Source: a virus. Taken from it: DNA of 64,000 nt. Both the position numbers and the translations under genes were made by a program. This document shows, piece after piece, positions 58,021 to 64,000 of the stretch. The stretch covers positions 50,266 through 114,265 of IMG/VR virus record IMGVR_UViG_3300007177_000160; one strand, written 5' to 3'. Within the stretch, counting starts at the first letter, position 1, and every line of letters starts with the position of its first letter. The notes beneath the pieces were generated by a model that searched no databases, had not been told where the DNA came from, and worked only from the letters and a program-made list of their open reading frames with translations.

Positions 58021-59565
58021 TTAGAAGCGGGGGTATTCTTTGATGATTACAGTTCTGGTTGGATCTTCCAAGAAGATACCGCAGAAGTCTTTCATAATGT
58101 AGGTGCTATAAGGATCCTTATTAGCAATTACAGTCTGCTGGCTTCCGAAACCAACTGAACCAGGGATGTACTGGTAGTACATGTTAGGACGGCTAGACAA
58201 TTTCACCTCGCGGATGTTAGAGCCACCTTCGTTGCTCACGTCCATGATGATGAAAATTGGTGGAACTTTCTTGTTAGGACCTAACTCTAAGAAAGTAGCA
58301 TGCTCGTTCAATTGTTCTAGTTCGATGAACTCAACTGGACCAGTTTCAGTAGTCATGAAGTGGTCAAACTGTAAAGCGTAACCTTGCTTCAAACGATCTT
58401 TACCATCCATGAACTTGTCAGCAGACAACATGAAGTTAGAGTTGTTGAAGTCTTTACGCATTGCAGAAGAAGCTAACTCCATACCTGCACGGTTAGTGTA
58501 TACTTTAACGTAACGCTCAGATACTTTCACACGGTTGTAGAACAAGTCACCGATTGCAGAACGCAACAAGTTTAAGCTGAACTGACCGCGATCGTAGTAG
58601 ATAACGTTACCCAAATGCAACTGCTGCCACAAACCTGGCTTCAAACGAGTAGGACGACCCTTCTCATCTTTAGTGTTACCTTGACGGCCCCACATCAACA
58701 TGTTTGCACGCATACGCATCATCTCCATACGAAGCAATCTAGAAACTGTAGGTTCCCAACCAACAATTTTGGTCTTTTCACCTTCAGCGTTTGCATCAGT
58801 TACAGAGTAATAAGTGATATCCAAAGGATTACCAGCAGCGTCAGTTTGTGCACCTAATTTGGTAGCATCAGCCCAGTCAGTGATAGTGTGCTCTACACCG
58901 TATTGGTTAAGAACATCAGCCATAACTTCTAAGTGACCATCGAACAAACCTAAACCAGAGAAGCTGGTAGAGAACTCGCCCAATACGTTACCTACTTTGA
59001 AGTACTCAACTCCGACAGCTAAGAAACGAGAAGTTACGAAATCAGCAGAGGTAGAACCAGCTGCACGGCAACGGTAACGGAAAGCATTTTGGAAACGCTC
59101 ACCTTCAGACACGATCTGAACTTGAACTTCTTGCTCATAACGGTGAGAAGTGATAATATCGTTAACAGCAAAAGCTTGCTTGTCGAAGATAATGTCAAAC
59201 TCTTGTCCGTCGATACCTGGTTTTGCAGGCAAAGCTGAAGTGGTACCAGCAGAGTAAGCAGCAACAACTTTAGGAAGTTCAGCACGCTTCTTAATTTTGT
59301 AGGTGAAAACACCGTTAGGATCGTTTACCATGAAAGGCTTGCCAGACTTCATAACAAGATCGATCAAATCGTTAGAATACAAACGAGTGTCTGTAAACAA
59401 ACGAATCATCATTTTGTCATACTGGTCAGGCTTAGTACGTAACATGGTCTCGACAAAGTTCTTGTCGGTAAGTTTGTTCAAACCATTTTTGGAATAGTAA
59501 GAACTAGTCATGTGGGCGTTGGCTATCACTCGCCCATTGACTCTTGGAATGTTTTGATTTGGCAT
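58021..59565 (-). CDS. Major capsid protein
   Basis: 514 aa; order portal, acidic scaffold-like, MCP; GLWQQL, YTNRAG, C-terminal GIFLEDPTR; biased codon usage. Confidence 0.8.
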   Translation of the reverse strand: MPNQNIPRVNGRVIANAHMTSSYYSKNGLNKLTDKNFVETMLRTKPDQYDKMMIRLFTDTRLYSNDLIDLVMKSGKPFMVNDPNGVFTYKIKKRAELPKVVAAYSAGTTSALPAKPGIDGQEFDIIFDKQAFAVNDIITSHRYEQEVQVQIVSEGERFQNAFRYRCRAAGSTSADFVTSRFLAVGVEYFKVGNVLGEFSTSFSGLGLFDGHLEVMADVLNQYGVEHTITDWADATKLGAQTDAAGNPLDITYYSVTDANAEGEKTKIVGWEPTVSRLLRMEMMRMRANMLMWGRQGNTKDEKGRPTRLKPGLWQQLHLGNVIYYDRGQFSLNLLRSAIGDLFYNRVKVSERYVKVYTNRAGMELASSAMRKDFNNSNFMLSADKFMDGKDRLKQGYALQFDHFMTTETGPVEFIELEQLNEHATFLELGPNKKVPPIFIIMDVSNEGGSNIREVKLSSRPNMYYQYIPGSVGFGSQQTVIANKDPYSTYIMKDFCGIFLEDPTRTVIIKEYPRF

Positions 59566-59582
59566 AGTTATTTAATTTTTTT

Positions 59583-60767
59583 TTATTTAAAATACTTTTG
59601 GAATAAATCTCCGTCGGATTTACTTCCTTTGGTAGTTTTCTTGGTTTTAGTTTTAAGGTCGTTAAAGATAGAGTTGGTCTCTTCAGAAACACCCTTACGC
59701 TTCACTGGAGTTAAGTCCAAATCAGATTGTACAATTCTGGCAACTGCTAAGAACTTTTCAGGCTCCTCTTGTCTCATTTTAGCTAGTTTATATTCAAAAT
59801 CGCTTATTCTTTGTCCGTTTGGTAATTGGTGAGGTTTGTCTAAAACAAAAGAAAACAATTCATCAGCAGCTTGCTCATTAATTGGATATCCTTTGATGTC
59901 TCCTGTTTTTAAAGACTGTTGCAATACAGAAGCGTATTGTTGATTACGCTGTTCCTCTAACTCAGCACGACGTTGTGTTTCTATACGACTCTGCTCAGCT
60001 AAGGATGCTCTTTCTTGTTCCATTCTCTCAAGTAACTTACCGTGGTACTTTTTTGCATAAGCCTCTAGTTTTTCGTTAGAGTTCATGTAAGTTAATTGGT
60101 CTTCAATGGCATCTTCGTCTAGTCCTGTTTTAGCCAAGTATAAACGAACAACTCGTTCTTGGTTTACGGGAGATTCAAGATTTACATTCTCTACAATTTG
60201 CTCATTATTGAACATTTGTAGATATTGTTGTAGAGGGGCTTTATTAATAAATAAATCCTCTACTAATTTAACTCCAGCTTCTCCATACGTTTCCGCAGCT
60301 AGTGACTCAAGTGTATCCCAAGCTCGTTTTTCAACAGTTTCAGACATTTTAGACAAGAAAGTCTCTTCAGTCCATTCTATATCTTCGCTTTCTTCTAGTT
60401 CAAGGACACCTGCTTTAGCAAGACCTTTACCAAAAACTTCAAAGTAATTAACTTCATCGTCATCGTCATCTTCTAGGCCTGGAGCAGGGGGTTCTAAATT
60501 ATTACCATCATCATTGTCATCATCTTCATCATCATCCAAAGGATCTATTGGGGAATCTGCTGGAGGATTTGGAGTCGGAGCAGGAGCTGGTGGTTCTGGA
60601 TTATCGTCGTCTGGGTCTAGGATAGGATCTTGAATAGCATCAGGGTTACCTAGAATATCAGCGGCAATATTCTTGTTAGGATCATACGCGGGTGTCTCTA
60701 GCGGGTCGTCGTTGGAGAACATTTCAAAGAACTCAAGGTTCTCTAATGGATTAGCATTAGTGGACAT
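59583..60767 (-). CDS. Scaffolding-like acidic protein
   Basis: D/E/P-rich N-terminus plus coiled coil; lies between portal and MCP. Confidence 0.6.
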   Translation of the reverse strand: MSTNANPLENLEFFEMFSNDDPLETPAYDPNKNIAADILGNPDAIQDPILDPDDDNPEPPAPAPTPNPPADSPIDPLDDDEDDDNDDGNNLEPPAPGLEDDDDDEVNYFEVFGKGLAKAGVLELEESEDIEWTEETFLSKMSETVEKRAWDTLESLAAETYGEAGVKLVEDLFINKAPLQQYLQMFNNEQIVENVNLESPVNQERVVRLYLAKTGLDEDAIEDQLTYMNSNEKLEAYAKKYHGKLLERMEQERASLAEQSRIETQRRAELEEQRNQQYASVLQQSLKTGDIKGYPINEQAADELFSFVLDKPHQLPNGQRISDFEYKLAKMRQEEPEKFLAVARIVQSDLDLTPVKRKGVSEETNSIFNDLKTKTKKTTKGSKSDGDLFQKYFK

Positions 60768-60788
60768 ATTAGGTTGGTTTGGTTAATT

Positions 60789-60818
60789 CAAAAGTACTAT
60801 ATTTAAAAAATAACACAA
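60789..60818 (-). promoter_or_regulatory. Bacteroidota sigma-type promoter for the scaffold-MCP operon
   Basis: TTG-N19-TACTTTTG. Confidence 0.7.
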
Positions 60819-60824
60819 GAAGTT

Positions 60825-60862
60825 AAAAAAGGGCGTTATTATTATAGAAATAGTGAACGCCC
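60825..60862 (-). terminator. Terminator after the portal gene
   Basis: GGGCGTT...AACGCCC followed by TTTTTT on the - strand. Confidence 0.6.
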
Positions 60863-60869
60863 TACCTCT

Positions 60870-63314
60870 TTATTTTTTCTTATCAAACTTATTTCGGTTG
60901 ATTTTGGCTATTTCGAGCTTAGTATCTATGTCTTTTTCTTTAATCTGCAGTTCTCTTTCTTTCAAAGACATTTCTTGCTTTTTAGTAGCTCGTTCAAAAT
61001 TTGTTTTAGATCCTTCTTGAGCTATTTTAGTTTGCTCAATAAGAAGTGCGGTTGTATCAGATTCTGGATTATACGAACCTTCATTAGCAATCCCTTTAAG
61101 TTTTTCAACTTCAAGGCGATTTTGGCGATCAAGTTCTCTATTCATATCATCACGCTGAGCCTCTTCTTGCTTCATAGCCATATCCATCTGCATCTTCTGT
61201 TGGAATTGTTCTTGCTGTTGAGCCAACTCTTGTTGCTTCATAGCATTTTGTTGTTCCATTATAGCTTGCTTACGTTTCTGAACATCTTCTAAAGTCTTAC
61301 GAAGACTTCTTTCAGAGGAAGCAGTAAACAAATCAAGCATCTCAATAAGCTCTGCTCCATTCTGCATGGCAGGCTGAGCTAGCTGCTTAAGCTGTTCGAG
61401 GGTAACTTTATCTTCTGCATAAGAAGACACAAACACAAATAACTCATGAAGAAGTTCGTCTTTGGTAATCTGTAAGAAGACTGTCTCTAATTCAGAATTA
61501 AGATAGTTTAAAGTAGAAGTAGGTTTCTGTAACTCTATATATTGAGCTACATCCAACATTGTTTGGTAGACTTTTTGCAAAACTGCGTCATGGAAAGCAA
61601 ACCAGGTTTCTGTTTGAGCAAAAGATTGTACTAATGCATTATTAGTAGCAGTTGCGGTTTCTGAAGGCTGAGTACTTCCTAAACGTTGACGAGTAATACC
61701 TATTAATTCATAAGCTTCTGCTCTTAACTGCTGAGCTAGTTGGATACGAGATTGAATTTCAGCTGTACGAGTCAAATCAACACGAGTCATTTGGTTAAAT
61801 TGTACAGCACCTCCAGTATTCTCTATTGAAGTATCAATAAATAAAGCACCTCTGTTCTTAGCGTTCCACAACATCATTTCAATTGGATCTTGTGAGTCTT
61901 TCTTTGGAACAACTTTTAAGTCACCCAAGAATACAACACCAATTTCTTTTTCTAGCAATTCCCACAATTGGTTCATTGCTACGTTATACAAAATCTGATA
62001 AGGCTTGAGTAAATCCAAAAGTGACTTACCTTGAGTATTACGAGTTGTATTTACTATACCTACAATAGGTGCAATCTGAGAAAACTCTAACGGTTCAAAA
62101 TCAATGTAGATATCGGCTCCAATTTTAATTCCCCTCCACCACTCGTTAATCCAGGTTTCTTCTAAAGAAATATCTCCAGCGGTCTTGTCGAACTTATAGT
62201 CTTCGCTTACAAACTCTTCTTGTTTGTATCCGTCTTGGTCAATGTAGGTTCTTTTATAGATTAACTTTTTGGATTGCCAGTAAGCTGTTACAACTGTAAA
62301 AGCATGCTGGGAGTTAAACGAGAATACGTTGTGGTCAATACCTCCGTTAGCAAAGTCACCTACGTTTTCAAAAGTAAGCTGCCACAAAGGATCGTTGGGG
62401 TTAGGAAGTGCAGGGGCTAAAGGAGAGTACTCATTATTCCTTAAGTTCTGAAGAGCACGACTGTTAAGATGTTCAATTTCTTCACCTGTTAAGTTATATC
62501 TATCTACGATTTCACTCATAGATAAAACTTCAATAGTTCCAATTGCCCAACAGTCTGTGGTGTAAATTGCATTACGATTTGCTAAGTACCAAACGTTGGA
62601 TGGATTCTCTACTTTGTAGTTAAATCCTATACGAGAATTATCTGGATAAAAATGGTGAAATTCTTTTCCAGTTATCAAGAAATCCAAGAAAGACTGAGCA
62701 GACTTTTCTTTAAAATTAAAATTATACTTAAGAGCATTTAGGACTTTATTACCCCATTTCTCTGCTGCACTTGTATAATCTAAAATATCGTTTTGGATCT
62801 GTTGTGCTTTCTCTGCTTTTTCTTCAGGAGACATTGGCTGACCCTCAGACGCACGTTCCAAACTTTCTAAGAAGAAATCTTTTATAAGATTTGTTCTGTA
62901 GTCAATTACTTCGTTTACTGCATCCTCATCAACAGCCTTTACTTTATACTTATTGGGTCTATTGATTAATTCACCTTTCATTTGATTAATAGGTGAAGTT
63001 ACAATAGAGTAATGTTTCAAGTATTGTGGAACATCAGGTTCCTGATCTGGAATATCTGCTAGATAGTCAATTAGTTCTTTGTATTCGGGTTGATTAACAT
63101 AATCTTGGAAGTTAAACTCTCCATTATACAAACGATAGTTCTTACGGAACTGGATATTCTGCTTATACTGAGCAAAGGCAATATTTGCAAAATAGTCCAT
63201 AGTAGACTTTATAAACTGAGGCTTTTGTTTCTTTGCCTTAGTTGTAAATTGCTCAGGATAAAAATACGCATGGTTTAGCGGGTCATGGTATTCTTTTAGA
63301 GATTCTATAATCAT
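60870..63314 (-). CDS. Portal protein
   Basis: 814 aa directly after the terminase; WINEWWRGIKIG, SLLDLLKPYQILYN, IGITRQRLG; Q-rich C-terminal coil. Confidence 0.85.
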   Translation of the reverse strand: MIIESLKEYHDPLNHAYFYPEQFTTKAKKQKPQFIKSTMDYFANIAFAQYKQNIQFRKNYRLYNGEFNFQDYVNQPEYKELIDYLADIPDQEPDVPQYLKHYSIVTSPINQMKGELINRPNKYKVKAVDEDAVNEVIDYRTNLIKDFFLESLERASEGQPMSPEEKAEKAQQIQNDILDYTSAAEKWGNKVLNALKYNFNFKEKSAQSFLDFLITGKEFHHFYPDNSRIGFNYKVENPSNVWYLANRNAIYTTDCWAIGTIEVLSMSEIVDRYNLTGEEIEHLNSRALQNLRNNEYSPLAPALPNPNDPLWQLTFENVGDFANGGIDHNVFSFNSQHAFTVVTAYWQSKKLIYKRTYIDQDGYKQEEFVSEDYKFDKTAGDISLEETWINEWWRGIKIGADIYIDFEPLEFSQIAPIVGIVNTTRNTQGKSLLDLLKPYQILYNVAMNQLWELLEKEIGVVFLGDLKVVPKKDSQDPIEMMLWNAKNRGALFIDTSIENTGGAVQFNQMTRVDLTRTAEIQSRIQLAQQLRAEAYELIGITRQRLGSTQPSETATATNNALVQSFAQTETWFAFHDAVLQKVYQTMLDVAQYIELQKPTSTLNYLNSELETVFLQITKDELLHELFVFVSSYAEDKVTLEQLKQLAQPAMQNGAELIEMLDLFTASSERSLRKTLEDVQKRKQAIMEQQNAMKQQELAQQQEQFQQKMQMDMAMKQEEAQRDDMNRELDRQNRLEVEKLKGIANEGSYNPESDTTALLIEQTKIAQEGSKTNFERATKKQEMSLKERELQIKEKDIDTKLEIAKINRNKFDKKK

Positions 63315-63325
63315 GGCTGTATTTT

Positions 63326-64000
63326 TTAAAATTTAAATGGCATTGTTCCCAAAGTTCTAAATGGACTGTTTACCTTACGTGCATTAAAGTACTCTTTTAT
63401 GCGATCGTCCTCACTGTTACTATGTACAGCAACCTTGTTTGTTAAAGTTCTAGACATAGCTAACGTCAATCCAAATGCAATAATACGGTCAACGTTAAGT
63501 TTTGGTGTAAATTTTAGTAATTCTTTTAGTAAAAGAGGATCTAAAATTCTACTAACACCCAAACGTTTACCTACAATTTCTCCCTTATCATCTCGCACTA
63601 AATCAATTTCTTCGGTCAGGTACTCAATAATTAAACCCAAAATATGGGCTTTAATTTCTTTGGTCATGTGAATACCGTAGTCTCTGTTTACTGTAGAATT
63701 TGGGTGAATATCTGTAAGGAAAGAAGGAGTTCTTTCTAAAACACGTGGGCCAATATTTTTCTCTACGCAATGTTGAATAAAACCATAGTCCATGTTTTCA
63801 CACAAGGTCTTAGCATTGTAGTAGAGTAAAAGCATTTTTGTGGTTTCGTACCACTGTTCAATTTTCTTAGGACGACCTACATAACAAGCAACTGGCATAT
63901 TCTGCCATCCCTCGCCTGAAAGATTGTGTACTCTTTTATAAATGTAGGTAGCTCCCAAAGAAGTAGAGTAGTGTGCTTGAGATTGTTTATATGGGTCAGT
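63326..64000 (-). CDS. terL: Terminase large subunit, C-terminal nuclease part (5' truncated by the window edge)
   Basis: Frame open to the window edge: TDPYKQ..SLGATYIYKR, YVGRP, LCEN, NVDRIIA. Confidence 0.85.
   Translation of the reverse strand, partial: TDPYKQSQAHYSTSLGATYIYKRVHNLSGEGWQNMPVACYVGRPKKIEQWYETTKMLLLYYNAKTLCENMDYGFIQHCVEKNIGPRVLERTPSFLTDIHPNSTVNRDYGIHMTKEIKAHILGLIIEYLTEEIDLVRDDKGEIVGKRLGVSRILDPLLLKELLKFTPKLNVDRIIAFGLTLAMSRTLTNKVAVHSNSEDDRIKEYFNARKVNSPFRTLGTMPFKF

Noticed and set aside
60450-60610. TCATC/GGAGC-type repeats in the scaffold gene
   Set aside because: Explained by Asp-rich and Pro/Ala-rich low-complexity coding sequence
13843-63671. Many short (60-113 aa) opposite-strand or alternate-frame ORFs in the ORF track
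   Set aside because: They lie within long genes, carry no recognisable motifs and look like shadow ORFs
1-64000. Stop-codon reassignment (TAG or TGA), known in some crAss-like phages
   Set aside because: Genes up to 14 kb are open in the standard code, packing is tight, and TAG acts as a real stop (for example polA); no suppressor tRNA seen

Overview
This 64 kb window is part of a crAss-like (Crassvirales-type) podophage genome that probably infects a Bacteroidota host. It uses the standard genetic code. Positions 1-9156 on the + strand hold a replication and nucleotide-metabolism block: NinG-like nuclease, family A DNA polymerase, NinB-like protein, dATP/dGTP diphosphohydrolase-like protein, PD-(D/E)XK exonuclease, dCMP deaminase with an in-frame HNH insertion, and a GroES-like protein. 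This block converges at a bidirectional terminator (~9175-9213) with a long - strand block. Read from the right end, that block contains terminase (partial), portal, scaffold-like protein, major capsid protein, accessory capsid and ring/tail proteins, a 2093-aa tail stabilization/muzzle-type protein, a ferritin-like protein, a cluster of modular cargo-like proteins, a 4798-aa virion RNA polymerase polyprotein (DFDID motif) with its partners, holin/spanin-like genes, a metallophosphoesterase and a tmRNA. The most notable observations are: (1) four neighbouring proteins built from small modules separated by a recurring [MFY]xxGG motif, resembling a Gly-Gly polyprotein-processing or packaging signal; (2) AlkB-like dioxygenase and macro-like domains fused to the C-terminus of the virion RNAP; (3) a tmRNA with a 24-codon tag and a non-canonical 3' end; (4) two homing-endonuclease insertions with no visible intron or intein; (5) Bacteroidota-type TTG-N19-TAnnTTTG promoters in the late region. 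All family assignments come from motif recognition by eye; no searches were run.
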